Assembly: GCA_008632985.1 (NCBI GenBank)
Contig: QPGO01000003.1
Span: 124,001 to 188,000 of the forward strand
Origin: Psammoneis japonica
Lineage: Eukaryota
DNA length: 64,000 bases
Direction: 5' to 3'
Shown here: in pieces, positions 10,650-24,652 of the stretch
Layout: each line of letters begins with the position of its first letter
How positions within the stretch are numbered: position 1 is the first letter of the stretch
Notes under the pieces: generated by a model
Seen by the model: only the letters and a program-made list of their open reading frames with translations
Told to the model about the DNA's origin: nothing
The model's database searches: none
Position numbers and translations under genes: made by a program

Positions 10650-13400
10650 CAAACTGGTCAGAACTTTCCCAGCCAACGTTGAGCAAATCAACTTCATTGC
10701 TCTCACTCCATGAAGAAGCAACCGCATTGCTGCCGCTTGTGAGGTTGCCAACTCATTGATGGCAGGTGATGGTGTCAACAGCATGGTTTGCACACGATGT
10801 TCCTTTGAACATCTAGAAAGCTGTGCCATCTGTCCTCCCATGTGCTGTCAAATGCTGCTGCAAAAGGCTTGGACTGCCAAGTCTCTTGTGGACAGTGACC
10901 ACAAGCTTGACGCAGTGTCAGAGGCCACAGATGCAAACTGCAGTCACCTGGGCAGAAGGAGGAAGTGCAAGACAACGGAAACCAGCATGGCAGACATTCT
11001 CAAGGAAAAAAATTTGATCCTTGGGTGAAAAAAGTGCCAACCGCCAGACACCCCAATTGGGCAAAACAACAAGCACTGGGGAGCAACTTCCTTCTTCCCA
11101 ATGGATGAGAACAAGTCACAACAGTTGCCCACTGATTTCAATCTCACCAATTGGAAAAGATCAAGAATTTGTGGGAAAGGCAGTTGTTCTTCATTGAGAA
11201 AAAATGGGGCTGCCAGATTCAAGTGCAGTCCTGTCTGCATGTGAACTGGCATGCAGTGATGGGGGAACAGATTCTGCAAAGAATGAGCTTGCCTTGGAGC
11301 CAGGTGGTGACATTTGTGTGTTGCCCAATTTGCGCAATCATCCATGTTCCTCATTGCATCCAAGGGATCTGACCATCATTGACGAGTGCAATGTTGCTGG
11401 AATCGATGCTCCTGCTGATGGCAAACAACTTTTTCAAATGCTTCAATTGCCATGAGAGATTGCCAGACAAGACCTTTTGTCTCAAGCTGCCAGCATGATT
11501 GCAGATGAATGCAGAAAGTTTTGCTCCATGGACAGCGGGATCAATGCAACAGGTGGGAAATGGAGCAGAAGCTGTGGCGTGGAAGCAGCAATGCCGGGAT
11601 GCCCACCCAGAGTGCCCAACCAAGCTTCTTCAAGGTTGTGGTGGCGGTGGACACTGCAGCTGTCTGCGATGGAACACAATGATCACAACAGGGTGCAACA
11701 AGTGCCACGAGACAAAAGGTTGCCAAAAACCATCAAAGATGGCCAAACTGCCCCCTGACGAACTGTGGGAGGTTCTGAGAGAGTTCCACGCACACACATC
11801 CTCAATTGGAGCAGTGACTTGGCATTTGGATGCAAGCAATGGGAAGAAAAATGATCACAATCACATTGCTTTGGCCTCACATTTTGTCAAAAACTGGTCC
11901 GTGTTTCTGTCCCAAAAGAATGTCAACAAGCTCATGGAGCGAGCATTTTGTGCCTGCAACAAACAGCTGCTTCACACACTTGTCATGCACTTGGTTGATC
12001 ATTGACAGACAGTTGGACAAGCTGGAGTTAAACACAAATTGTCCACATGCGGAGTCCTTGATGTCAGTCTTGCAAGAACACTTGGATGCCATTGACCTTT
12101 GCACACTCAGCAGCCAGGAAGAAATTTCTAAGGCACAAGAAAAGACACCATCCATGGCGGAAACACACGTGATGTCCAGTTGCAGCAATGGAAGGTGCGT
12201 CAAGATGAAGGAGGGTGAGACTCAAACAACAATGCTTGGGTGCATTGCATGGCTGTGGATTTTGTTTTGCGATTGCTGCAATGGAGCCGTTCATCTCAGG
12301 CACATTGCAGAGTGCAAGGGGTTGGTTTGCAGGGAGTGCAACGGAACTCCACTGCCAGCTTGGTCTGTTTTAACTGCAATCTCTTGGCCATCTTGGGAAA
12401 GAGTCCTTTTGGCTCTGTCTCAACCAAGAGGCAAGCTGTTCAAGTGCATTGTGCAATTGGTGAAAGAGGCAAAATGTGGTGGTGACCTTAGCAAGGTTTG
12501 CTCTTCATTCCACCCAAGGTGGCAGAACACAAACAAAAGCCTGTGTGGCCGCGACGGCAATCCTGAAACCAAGGATTGTCCATCTCAGTTCATTCATTTT
12601 TTGGAGGAGCAAGACAGAGTGCTGTGCAATCCAAACTCGACAGAACAAGAAAACAACACAGCTCGTCAGTTGTCAACAGATGGAAAGAAACACAAGGAAA
12701 CAGGCGCACCAGAAAAAAAGTGGGAAGCAGTGCAGCTGGGAAGTGCAAGAGGCACTTTGTGCATCCAATCTGGTGCCTGCATTGGGGATTGTCCTTCTGA
12801 GAATGCCTTGCATGCTGCTTTAAATGATGATGATAAAAACGGATTCCATTGGCACCTGGTTGACACCATGGCAGACAGCCATCCCTTTGAATGTTCTGGT
12901 GGAATCAAGCCAGAGGAGGCTTGGAAGACATGTGAAGCTGCACGGAGACCAGTGCGCAACAACAAAATGCCAGCAACCATGGCATGCCTGGGCTGGCTCT
13001 CTTGCCACCTGCACTGTCTAAAGAAGCATGGTTTGAAAGAGGACTTTATTTTCCTGCATGATGATGGCACAGTGTTTCATTGCCCATGCAATGCAAGGAG
13101 TTGAGTGCTGCTGCCATGAAGACACATGGATTCAAACACCAGTTTGAGTTCTTTGCAGATGACAAATGGAGTGGACTGGAGAAATTTGTTGCCAAATGCA
13201 ACCACACAACTGACCCGGAGAGTGTGTGGTTGCATTCCAACCTTGCAGCCTGCCACCAAAAAATGTTGACGGAATTCGGGAAATTCATGTGAGGCAAAAA
13301 ACTTTGTTTTGATGATTTGTCATGCTTCACACACACTCCTGCCTCCAGAGCACATGTTGCCATTTAAAAAGATGTCCGGCAACTCATCCTTCATGTTGAC
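10650..13400 (+). pseudogene. Decayed long coding region inside repeat block, possibly a second ORF of the adjacent transposon
   Basis: Overlapping protein-like + strand fragments (11499-12005, 11830-13104, 13080-13292) lacking Tyr. Family not recognised. Confidence 0.35.
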
Positions 13401-13899
13401 AACAAACAACATCTTTTTGTCCAAGAGCTCTTGATTGGACATGGTGCCGGACAGAGACGGGTTGGTTGCCTTGGTGCCATCCTCTAATTTTTTTCAATGC
13501 TTGTTTTTTGTTTTGTGCCTTTCTTTCATTTTTTCCCTCTGCCAACAAGCATGTTTTTCTGACAATGCTGAAAGGTGCGTGTTGGTGACATGCCCTCCAT
13601 TCATCAATGCTGAAACAAACTGTTCTCACTCATTTCCCTTTCATCATCGCTTTGCTTCTTGCACATTCTCCCAAAAACAACAACCTCTTTTTCATTGTCA
13701 CTTGGAACAAACCCATGCAATTGCATTGGAAATGAGCTGTTGGTTCCATCATTGTTTCTGCATGCAACGCGAGCAAAGTCATGCCATTGCCCAGCCTTGC
13801 ATCAGTTTGGGTGGGCGCTAAATCTCAGCTCATGTTCCGACTGTAGATTCAACTCAGAACACTCCACAGTGTGCCTCTGTTTTTTTTCCCGCTGGTTTC

Positions 13900-16800
13900 A
13901 ACGGAACAAAAAATCTGCTGCATCCTCCTCCAAATGAGCGCTTTGTTCCCTTTTCATCTTCAAGGTTCCGGTGCACTTGCAACATGTTTTTTCGAATTGG
14001 TCAACAGTGCGTGACCCAAGTTGAGGGGCAATGTTGTGTTGGGTGGCAAATCATCATTGGCAAGGGGATGGACAATCAAATCACTCACTCTCTCCAACAG
14101 ACTCTGCTTGCACAGTCAGCCAGCAAGCTGATGGGTGAACTCTTCTTTGCCTTGCAAGGCTTGGCATGTCTGGCTGGGAACCAGACTCACCTGCCGCGGC
14201 ATCCCATCCGGAGAATGTGCCCAATCAATGAAGAGCAGTGATGAAGTGAAGAAGATCATGGAACTTTGACGTTTTCCATCCATGTGTGCCTTTGCCATGA
14301 CTGATCATGCTGCACAGCTCAAACATCAGAAGAACAAGGTGACATTCAATGTCAACATGATTGGTGCGTGAGTGCAGGTGACAACCACAGCTGTAAAAGG
14401 AGTGGAACAACAACAGTTTGTTGAGCAAGAGCAACAGGTGATCCACATCGTCACAGTCCTCTGAATGGCCAGCCGGCTCAAGGTTGAGGCTCTTTGGCCT
14501 GTTGCGGAATGGAACAGGCAACTCCTTTTCAATTTCAGAACAGACCATTGGTTGGTCATGGACAGTCGCCTGTGTGTTTGGTGCCTGGCGGCAGTCTGCA
14601 CAGCATCTAAAACTGTCAGAGACGGAGGAATCGTCATTGTTGGGGATGCAGAATTGTTGATCTGGGTTGACATTTCTTGTTTGCATCCACACAATGTTGC
14701 AGCAGAGATGGGCTTGAGTTTTTGTCAGCTGCAAAATGTGAGGACATGTGTGCAAGAGCCTGTGATGGCCACATTGATTCTCCAGAAATTCGTTGTGGAC
14801 CGGGTTGTCATGGTCGCATTCTTTGTCAGCATGGGGCTTGTCAACCGGGGATGTGGATGGAGGCATCCATTGGATGGTCCTCCGGAGATGCTTCCTCTGT
14901 GTCACTCTCTTTGTTGTCATCTTGTGGATTTGGCTGGTGTTCATCGGAATCAAATGCTGACTCATCATCTTTGTCAAGCAAATTGTTGGGATTGTTGGCA
15001 ATGTCTTTGCCTTCTTTGTGCACATGACCATCATTGTCTTCTTCTTCACAATCATGGATCTCTTCTGGAGGCGGCTGGCCATCAAAATTGGAGGCAAGTT
15101 TTTCTTTGTCTTGTCAAAATCTGGATGGCAATGAAGATGGAGCATGCTCCATTCCTCCACAGTCTGACCCATGAGTGCTGTTGCAAACAGCTTCCCCATC
15201 TTTTGGTCACAGGTCAAACCAGACAAGGTGCAGAAGCCGTTTCACAGGACGACCAGTGGAAACTTTGATCTCTGACCTGGTCTGCACCACTGAGATCCAA
15301 ACGTGCAGTTTCCCAAATTGTTTGGTCAACCTTTGGTGGAGTCAGGCAAATCGTCAACAATGATGGAAAGCATCTGAGGGACTGTGCCACTTTGGAACAT
15401 GTGCATTGGATTGGGTGCCACAAAACCGAACACAACCTGACAATTCTCTCTCATCCGAATGGGAAAGAATGAGTTGTCAACCGTGTGTTGGCCAAATGCC
15501 TTGTGAAGTGTGGTGGAACAAATGTTCATGCACTGGACAACTGCACTGCATGCCTTGGAACGGATTGATTTGGCTTTCAACTTGGACATCACTGTGTTTG
15601 TTTGTGATTCAACAAACAGATGCCATGGACTGTCTGTGGAGCCGGGTGATGGTCCAAGAGCTGCAGCAGTTGAACGCTCCATCACTTCCTGAGAAAAACA
15701 CCTGCAGCAATGCAGTGGTTTGTTGCTGCACATCCAGGAAGTGTGACAGGCATGACCAATGCAGCAGGTGTTTTTGCGTCCAGAAACACGGCCAGTCACT
15801 TGTGCGGTGTTAACAGCATCACCCAACAATGTCACACTGTGAACAACAATGCACTTAAAACAACACTGATTGCCAAGTTGGACTTGGCAGACAGGAGGCA
15901 TTTCTTGCACTTGAATTGCAGATGCAAGAAGGACAGACAAAATGTGGTGACAATTTCTGACATTCAACCCAAAAACGGGGTTCTTCGTTTTGCAACCTCT
16001 GCATTTCAGAGTGAATCCAAGAGGACGCCATGCTTCAAAATGTTGGTGGGCACATGCCTTGATGAGAGTCACAGAGAAAACAAGTGGCTCCATCGAATGA
16101 GGTGCAACCTGTCCTTTCCCAGTTTTGTTGATGCAGTGCACCACAAACACATGAAAAGAACCAGGGATGGCGGGGACGTTGCAACCACGCAATCAGCTCT
16201 CCTGTGGGTTTCACCGTCCTTCATTTCAGCATCGTCACAAAGTTTCCAGCCACCATTCTTGTCCAGCATGGGTTCACTGGAGAGCACCTGAGACCAACGT
16301 GAATCAGCAGGAATGTTGACATTTGAAAGATTGGTGAAAAGGGGATCATCGAACAAGTCCTGCAGTTGCAGGGAAAATTCATGCCCAGGGATGCCAGGAG
16401 AAAGCTCCTGCTGCAGGTCATTCTTGAATTGGTTGACGATGGACACAGACTCAAGGGGGGGCACACTTCAGCACCAGAGCAACAATGCTGGGCAACATTG
16501 ACTTGAGCTTGGACATGAAAGTTCAAGAAGAGGGAATTTGTTGGGTGACAGACAACCCACCACTGGGGGGGAATTCCTCCTGCACAGTTCTCAGCAATTC
16601 ATCTGTCACACTGATTGGGACACCCTCAGAGTGACACAAATTCATTGTGTGGACCATGGATGTGGTTTTGCTGTTGATGACTTTGGGCGCCATGAGGTCC
16701 TTGTCAGCAAGAGGTGTTCAACTTGATCAAGTGCAGCAAAAGCACCAGATTTGGCAACCGCAGTGGTGGAACCCTTGGTGTCGGAAACAAGTTCTTCATG

Positions 16801-17230
16801 GTCAGGAAACTGGCATTCTGAAACATCATTGGCAAGGGGCAGAATGGCATTGTTGTGGGACACATGCATCTCTGGCGCAGATGAAAATGCACGATTGGGT
16901 TGCAACGGCCGGGGACTGAGTCACAAGCAACCTTGTGGAGTTGGCCTGGCGTTGGAGTCGGGCCCTGCAGTGACAAATTCAACGGGAGGAATGCCAAGGG
17001 CAGAAGAGGCAGCAACATCCACTTGTTCATCCGATTCCCCCCCTTTGGTGCTGTTTGCCATGAGCAGTGTTGGACTGATGAGAAGAAATGACACAAAGGC
17101 TTTGACAAAAGGACAGTTTGCAGGGAAGACAAGTTCTCAGGTGGTGTTGAAGACCAGTTGGGAGAAAACATTTGCCACAAACATGGGACAATCATTTCCA
17201 ATGGTGAAGGGGACACCATTGTTCATGTTG
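13900..17230 (-). mobile_element. Decayed Plavaka/EnSpm(CMC)-like transposase
   Basis: Fragments VHCINKTG..MEPLVFSVTLIK..AWRPLGF, RNCHHILSVLL, LLGD and GWKTSKFHDLLH resemble Plavaka-type transposases with Tyr->Cys/His. Many frameshifts; ends not found. Confidence 0.55.
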
Positions 17231-18444
17231 TGCCAACAAGTGAGGTGCCAATGAGTGGGATGAACCACGTGGTGAAAACGACATGTGGCAGGCAACAAAA
17301 TTGTGTTGCACAAGTAAACTCACATGCAAGCATGTGAGGTTGCAGCTTGGTTTGATGCACAACATCAGTTGTCTGCATGCCGGCATGCAGCACTTGCATC
17401 AAGCAATCAACAACGGAAAGACAAATCCAACTTTCCACAGCAACAGAAATTTTGTCATGCTGGCGTGCATCTCAGATTGTTGCTCCACCAGGTGTTGTGC
17501 CGCCAGAGATCATCACAACATTGTCTTGTCCCCTGCTCTGCAATGTTGACAGCAACAGCACTGGGTGGCTGGGTGGCTTGCTGCCAAGTCAACAGCTCCA
17601 TGCAAGCATCACAAAAGCACCAAGCTCAGTGCTGGAACAAGGTTTCCTGCACTCATTGGCGTGCAATCTTTTGATGTTTCTTTTTGTGCCATCAGTTTGA
17701 CTGACAACTCAGCAAAATCTTTGAGCAAAGCACCATCAAGCTGAGCAACACCAAACTTGGCTCAAACAGTGTGCACAGAGTTCTCCAACAAGAGCCTCTT
17801 CAAAGTTGACAAAGCAGCTCTCATGCAATTTTCACACTCACCTGCCAACTTTGTAGAAACCAGTTTGCAACTCTCTTTTTTGCAGCCACAAATTCAGGGC
17901 AGCCCTGCCATGTTGGAGATGGGGATGATGGGGACAAGCCACACCACTCCCTGACTGCAGCTGCAGTTTAAAATCAAGTTGAAAATTGATGACTTGGTGA
18001 AAACTTGTGATTAGAAAAAATTGTGGGAGGGTTCAGATGAGGTGCCTGCTGCCTTGGGATGTCAGCAAGGCCCTCTGACAGCTGTCTCATGTGTCCAGAT
18101 GAGAGTGCTGGGCTCAGTTGCAGAAGAGAACTTGCACAATCATGCAAATGCAACATCGCCAATGGACAAAATCACACAGTGCAAATCATTGCAGCTGATG
18201 GATTGCAGTCTCCATGCCACACCCCATGTTGCAAAAATGAAGCAGCAAGTGATGCTGCACCCAAGCTGTTGCAAAACAAAAAATGCACAAAAATTTTGGG
18301 GAGAGCTGCAGAGTGACTCAGCACCATGCAGGCATGTTTCTCAAACTGCGTGCAAGCCTCATGTGGGAAGTTCAAAACTGCACGTGAAACTGTTGATTGC
18401 TGTCAACAAAGTTGCGCTGATTTCTCTTTCATGGAAAAGCCACC

Positions 18445-18570
18445 CATTGTTCAAAGTTGCCAAGTTTGAGCAAACGGGACTCAAAGTTTGAGCATTTGTT
18501 CAAACTTGTGCAAGTTTGAGCAAGTCGCTCAAACTTTTGCTCAAACATGACATGTGTTTGAGCAATTGCG
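18445..18570. repeat. Array of TTTGAGCA/TGCTCAAA motifs (related array at 20500-20577)
   Basis: Several copies in both orientations. Perfect palindrome TGCTCAAACTTG-C-CAAGTTTGAGCA at 20514-20538. Confidence 0.7.
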
Positions 18571-18655
18571 CAACCTTGGCCCCAAAAGCTCACAATCTTC
18601 ATGATCACAGTCATGTGAGTCACAAGCATCCTGCAAAGACAAATGGTCAATTTAA

Positions 18656-19590
18656 CCCTTTGACACATGAAATTGCTCATTTGGGGCCAGGCCCCAAACA
18701 AGAATTTAACGGTCAGACATTTTGTCTGACAAATCTTGACAACCACGATTTGAGCACAATGCCTGCTCTTGTGAACGGGAACCACGACAACTTGACAATG
18801 GCAGTTTCAGGACGCGAGACCCCATTTGCTCTCTGTTGACAGGTCTTCACAGCATGAACTCCATGCATTTGTGTGTGTCCATTTAGCCAACACTTTAGCC
18901 ACACAATTGTTTTCCATCCGAATCAATGGTGTGTCAATCACAGACAAGCAAACACAGCAAATCAGGGGGAAATTGACAATGTCAGGTTCGCGACACGGCA
19001 ACCACCTTGTCATTGTCTGAGACAAATGAAAACAACACGATCAAAACAACCATGCTCAATTTAATCTAAATCGTGACTTTCATGTTGATTGTTGATCATT
19101 TTGGTGCCGCAAGATTTGACTTTGCGCCAACAAGTAAAAACAAGAATCGAACTTGTGGTGGTTTGATTTTTGTTGCCATGCAGCACTTTCAACCACTCCT
19201 TTTCATTTTTTGTTTCCACCAACAAATGATTCTGAAATCTGAGATTCCTGCATGACAGTTGCAGCTTTCCCGCCATTTTCTCTGGCCGCCGAAATGGCAG
19301 TCGAGTCACCATCTTTGGACACTGTTGCGGAAGCAAAAAATCTTGTTTTCTCGTCTGAGTTTTCGCATGTGATTGCTCAACAGACCAGTGCAACAATTGA
19401 CGTAAACAGCCATGAAAATCTTTCAATGCCTCGAGCACATTCGTCACTCGAATCTCATTTGGGGCCAGGCCCCAAGTGATTTGGCCGTTGTTTTCCCGCC
19501 AAAATTTGCTTGTGGATTCATTCATTTGGACCAATCAGGATGGCGCACTGTTTGGGGCCAGGCCCCAAACAGTGGCCATGTGTCAAAGGG
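18656..19590. mobile_element. piggyBac-like non-autonomous element (935 bp)
   Basis: 14-bp TIR CCCTTTGACACATG / CATGTGTCAAAGGG, flanked by TTAA (18652-18655) and TTGA (19591-19594). An empty-site copy lies at 19780-19825. Three subterminal TTGGGGCCAGGCCCCAA palindromes. Confidence 0.85.
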
Positions 19591-19594
19591 TTGA

Positions 19595-19970
19595 GACATG
19601 TGCACAAATCATTCCCTTGATTTGATCAATCAGTGCACATGCACAAATGCGTGAACTTGAACGATTTTTGTTCAAGTTGCCATGGCAGTCTGATGCTGTT
19701 TTTGACAACTTGTTTCAACTTTGCAATTGTGAAAGTGGCACCAATCAATGATGAACACAGTCATGTGAGTTGCAAGCATCCTGCAAAGACAAGTGGGCAA
19801 TTCAAGACATGTGCACAAATCACAAATCATTCCCTTGATTTAATCAGTCAGTGCACATGCACAAATGCGCGAACTCAAACGGCTTTTGTTCCAGTTGCCA
19901 TGATGGTCTGATGCTGTTTTTGACAACTTGTTTCAACTTTGCAATTGTGAAAGTGGTGCCAATCAACGAC
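19595..19970. repeat. ~210-bp tandem repeat; first unit (starting ~18600) interrupted by the piggyBac-like element
   Basis: 19595-19750 aligns with 19806-19970, and 18600-18655 aligns with 19750-19805. Confidence 0.85.
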
Positions 19971-21354
19971 AATGCAAAGCAGATGTGAAGTGTGTGTCAA
20001 AGGAAATGTCGAGTTGTGCCACATTTCATGCTGAAATTGTTGACTCGCTGTTTTCAAAGGGCTTCAATGGCCTCGATGCACCACCCAAAAACGGATGCAC
20101 AAAGGCCCCCAAAACAGTTCTGCAAGACACAGAAATGACCACACAGATGGATTTTGACATGTGAGGTTTAACATCACCATTTTCAAATTGATTGATTTTA
20201 GAGCAGGGGGTCAAAATGTCCCAGGATGAGGGCTCAAGAACTTTCCAGTTGAAAGTCAATGAAGTTCTTGGCCCACAAGTCCACATTTGTTTCACAGACA
20301 AACAAGAAATGGCACCTCTGTGCCAACTAAAATGTGGCAGTTCTGATGGCGCACTTTTGTTGTCATGCAGCAGAACTTTGATGCAGTTGTGGTCAGCCAT
20401 GCGGCGCTGTCAAGGACATTTTTTCATGCTCTTGGGATGTGGCATGGGAACAGCAACTTGTGTGATCTTCCATCATTTGTGTTGAAAACAATTTAGATTT
20501 TGCTCAAACAAGCTGCTCAAACTTGCCAAGTTTGAGCAAATTAGAGTGCAAGTTTGAGCAGCTGTTGCTCAAACTTTCTGTGGGAAAACCCAAGACTCTG
20601 GAAATCTCAGCATGACCACCAAATTTTGCTGTGTGCACCACCATCACTTTGCACGTGTCCATTGGGATTTCATGCACACACACATTTGCACAGTTTGCCC
20701 ATGCTGTGCTGAAAGAGAGCACATGAGAGAGAGCCAGCTTCTCTTTTCCACCAAACGAGAATGCGTGCACTTCTTCTCAGGGACACACAGGAGTGCCCCA
20801 TGTGGTGATCACGACGTGTCACTCCTTCCATGAGTGATTCCAACATTCTTCATGGAAAAAGTGTTGTGCATGGGCTGGGAGGTGTGCATGCCCGTTGGCT
20901 GCTGTTCCATCAATCTGAGGCACCGGTGCGATCATTTGACCATCAGGATTTTCATACAAGAGAAGATTTTAGAAAATTTGAACAGGCCAGGGCACACACT
21001 GTTATTAATGTTAATCGCTGTATACTGTTCTTATAAAATGCTGAAAAAGCAGCACAAAAACATAATATTCAACGCATGTATCTAAATACTTGCATCTACA
21101 TATATTCATTATCCTTTTTACGCGGGAAAACCCCAATGAAACTACTTTATTCATGATAGTCAATATTTCGACGGAGTCACCCGTTTTCTACACCGCCAGG
21201 AACACAAAGCAGAGCAGCCGACACATGGTTTCAGGTTCAACGACGTACAAGGGCTACTGCAACACCATTTTTTCAACCGACCCAACACAGCAAAGGGTCA
21301 ACACACTCTCTACCAGAGTTAGAGTCAATCAACAACTGCAATCATTACATCATC

Positions 21355-22679
21355 ATGTCGTTTGATTCTTTTCTTGATGTCTTTATTGAAGTCGCTGGAA
21401 ATGTGTTGCTCTTCATGCTCGTGTTTGGCATGTCGGCCACGGTCGATATCCGTCAGTTGCAAAAACAAGTTCGCAACAAGAAGGCAATCTTGACGGGAAT
21501 ATTTTTGCAGTTTTTTGTACTGCCCATGCTGGGATTTCTCGTGGTGAATATATTTGATTTGGACCATGCGACGGGAATTACTCTACTGGTACTCACGAGC
21601 AGTCCCGGTGGATCGTATTCCAATTGGTGAGTTGTTGTGATTGTTGTGGGCGCTGTATTGGAAAATGATACGTTTCTTATCACTCTCATAACTCCTTCAA
21701 TCTTTCTTAAGGTGGTGTTCCATGTTCAATGCCGATTTGGCGTTATCGGTCACCATGACTGCCATTTCGACTCTGCTATCAGTCATTATGCTGCCGCTGA
21801 ACTTACTCATTTACGCCAAGTACAGTTATGAAGATGATGTGATTGCGAGTTTGGATTGGGTTTCATTGTTTGTAGCTCTAGTCATTGTCATTTCCGCCAT
21901 TGCATTTGGGCTATTCTTGTCGGCAAGAAATAAATCCAAGCGATTTAATTTGTTTTGCAACAAGGTAAACGATTGTTGGAATTGTTACTGTAGTTGAATT
22001 AGCTTATAATCCATCTCACCCCTCTCTCTCTCTCATCTTTTTCTCTTTTCAAGCTTGGTAACTTTGCAGGAATTGCCTTGGTGATTTTTTCGGCGACCAT
22101 GACCAATACGGGCGGGGAAGATACCCGCATTTGGGAACGCGATTGGGTCTTTTACGTGGGCGTGGCGTTGCCCTGTGTCTTGGGTTTGGCCATTGCCAAT
22201 GTCATTACGTCCTTTCTACAATTGGAAAAACCGGAACGGGTGTGAGTATATTATGAATTGCATTGTGTAGTGGGATTCTTTTGTCTATATTTGTTTCTCA
22301 CTCGCTAGTAACACTCCTTGCGGTTTTCTCTAGTACGGTCTCGATTGAATGTTGTTATCAAAATGTTGGCATTGCCACTTCGGTCGCGCTTACCATGTTT
22401 GAAGACGATGAGTTGAATCTAGCCATTGGTGTCCCGTTTTATTATGGTGTTGTTGAGGCGGTAATTCTTGGAGTGTATTGTATTGGAGCGTGGAAATGCA
22501 ATTGGACCAAGGCAAAATCGTCGGAAAACTTTTGCACCGTAATAACAACCTCCTATGAAGTGGTTCTGGATGAAGATGAAAAGCTAAATGACACGGCTCG
22601 AACTGAAGTTGAGATGCCATATGTTGAAATGCAAGATGTCGATAAGGAGCAAGATGGCAAAACGCTATCGTCGATATGA
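21355..22679 (+). CDS. Bile acid:sodium symporter (SBF/BASS/SLC10) family transporter; 4 exons (21355-21626, 21712-21964, 22054-22241, 22334-22679)
   Basis: Motifs LVFGMSATV, QFFVLP, SPGGSYSNWWCSMFNADLALSVTMT and TVSIECCYQNVGIA. Three GT-AG introns restore one frame. Confidence 0.93.
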
Positions 22680-23216
22680 GAAGTTGTGGAGGCGAGTTGA
22701 CGAGTTGGGGATATAGAAAAGAGTACGACGAAATAATTGTACTCAAAGGTGTTTATATATAATGTTGTGCACTGTCTATATTGACGAGTGAATCCATCAC
22801 TTTGCAAACGTGCCGTGTCATTAGAAATCAAACTACTGCACTTCTTTGTTTTCAGTGCCCTCTGTGTTGAGATTTCTAACTGAAAGCGGTCCCGAGAACT
22901 GGATTCCGTTTTTTTCTGAAGCCGGGTCATGTGACAACAATGTCTTCATAACCTTTCCCTGGTGCTACTCTCTAGGTGCTGTTCATGCGGAATGAGTAAA
23001 ATGTTGTGTCTATGGCATAATCCATCCTAGGATGATGCTACCAGAAGGGCTTACCGCTTGTGCATCTTAAGTAGTTGCGCTTTTCGATGTGCCCTAGAGT
23101 ACCTACAAGGACGAGTTTAATTCAATCGCGTATCGTTGCTAACTCCCTTGTTTAACGTAGGTACGAATGCACTGCCTGGTTAAACTATTCTCAAGATATT
23201 ACATAAATCAGTTTGC

Positions 23217-23882
23217 CTAACTCTCCTCATTCGTTTCACTGCTTTTCTTGCCATGATTCTCGTCATATTTCTTGACAGCCTCATGCAACTTGGAGACAAA
23301 CTCATCTTCCGCAGGGAGCTTCACTTTGCCATCTAGGATTTTGTGACATTCGGGTGTGCCGTAAAACGACTGCATCACATCCGTTGCCAGCGTAATGTGC
23401 GAGCCTTGGATTTCCCCACTCACAAAAGCACCTTTGGAATGAGCATAGACGGACGACGCGGCCAAGGCTTTTCCACCCCCGGCAAGCCCCGTGGCAGTGT
23501 CAGCACCAAACGTTCCAACAGCAAATCCGAGTGAGAAATCCACATTCACACCACCCGCACGACCTTCAAAGAGTTCATCGGCGTGCTTGCTTCCGAGTAA
23601 AACCAAAACATTCTTTTCGGAAACTCCCAACGACAGTCCAAAGCCCGAGCCCTCAATCAAGACGGGGACAGGATTGGACCACTCGTTTTCGCCTGTACGC
23701 CTCATGGCAACGCCAGCACCCTTGTGGTCGGTAACAAAAAAAGCCATTTCACGTGAGGAAATCAGAATGATCCCAGCGCACTTCTCAAACAAAATTTTGG
23801 GGACACCCTTGACGGTTTCGAGGACATGCAGGCCATTGCCAACAAAGCCTGACATGTGTTTGGGGTTCAAGGGGTCCGACAT
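23217..23882 (-). CDS. SYLF / Ysc84 actin-binding (DUF500) domain protein
   Basis: P..LFEKCAGIILI, GAGVAM, WSNP, GSGFGLSLG, YAHSKGAFVSG.IQG and FYG match the SYLF pattern. Normal composition. Confidence 0.85.
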   Translation of the reverse strand: MSDPLNPKHMSGFVGNGLHVLETVKGVPKILFEKCAGIILISSREMAFFVTDHKGAGVAMRRTGENEWSNPVPVLIEGSGFGLSLGVSEKNVLVLLGSKHADELFEGRAGGVNVDFSLGFAVGTFGADTATGLAGGGKALAASSVYAHSKGAFVSGEIQGSHITLATDVMQSFYGTPECHKILDGKVKLPAEDEFVSKLHEAVKKYDENHGKKSSETNEES

Positions 23883-24652
23883 GGTTGGAAGGTGGTGTTT
23901 AATGCAAAGTCAACAAGAGTAAATGATAAGCTCGCCGGTCGCTAGACTATCGCCGGGCGACTTTTACTGAAACACCGATTTTATTTGACAGCTGTTCTGC
24001 GAAGATAGCAAGAGAGTCGCCTTGTCAGTGGCTCTGGGTGTGTTCGCGAAGTTGGCGTTCATTTGCAGATTGGGGTGCCAGTCTCCATCCGCGGCAGGTG
24101 TTTTTCAACTGGGGGCGGAGTATTTGAAAACGAGAAAGAAGGATGGGACTTTCTAAGAGAATTGCGCGCATTTGCCTTTGCAGGGACAGAGAGACCATCG
24201 GCCGCGCATGACTGCCAGACCATTTTCAAATACGTTTTTATTTTGAACGCAATACATCCGGGTTTAGGGCTGTTTCAGCACCACGTGGAAGCAACAGAGG
24301 GGAGGCGAACTGAAACTCGAGTCGTCGATTTCAACTCGCTGGTGAGCGAAGTGCAGACGTCCATCAATCGGACGTTTAAATTGCAATGCTGTGTGGGGCT
24401 CCTAAATATGTCTTAAAAGACATTCTCCATTAATCGACAAAGGTTTTGGCAATGAAATAAATTTCACCCTGATCTAAAAGGTTGGATGTCGAAATGCTTT
24501 GAAACGGCAAATCTTCTGCGAGAAACACAGTGTTGTCCTGCGCTGGCATGCAGACGGGGTTTTGGAACATGAGGGATGATGGTTCGATCGACAAACAACA
24601 GCAGAGCATCAACCATCAATCGACATCAACAGTGCTCCAGTCCAGAACTCAG

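Noticed and set aside
10500..20900. Numerous short Cys-rich ORFs as a peptide/toxin gene cluster
   Set aside because: They overlap in all six frames, lack Tyr, and are explained by loss of TAA/TAG stops in decayed repeats.
9600..20950. Classical RIP or CpG deamination alone
   Set aside because: Both are C->T processes. RIP creates TpA, whereas TpA is what disappears here.
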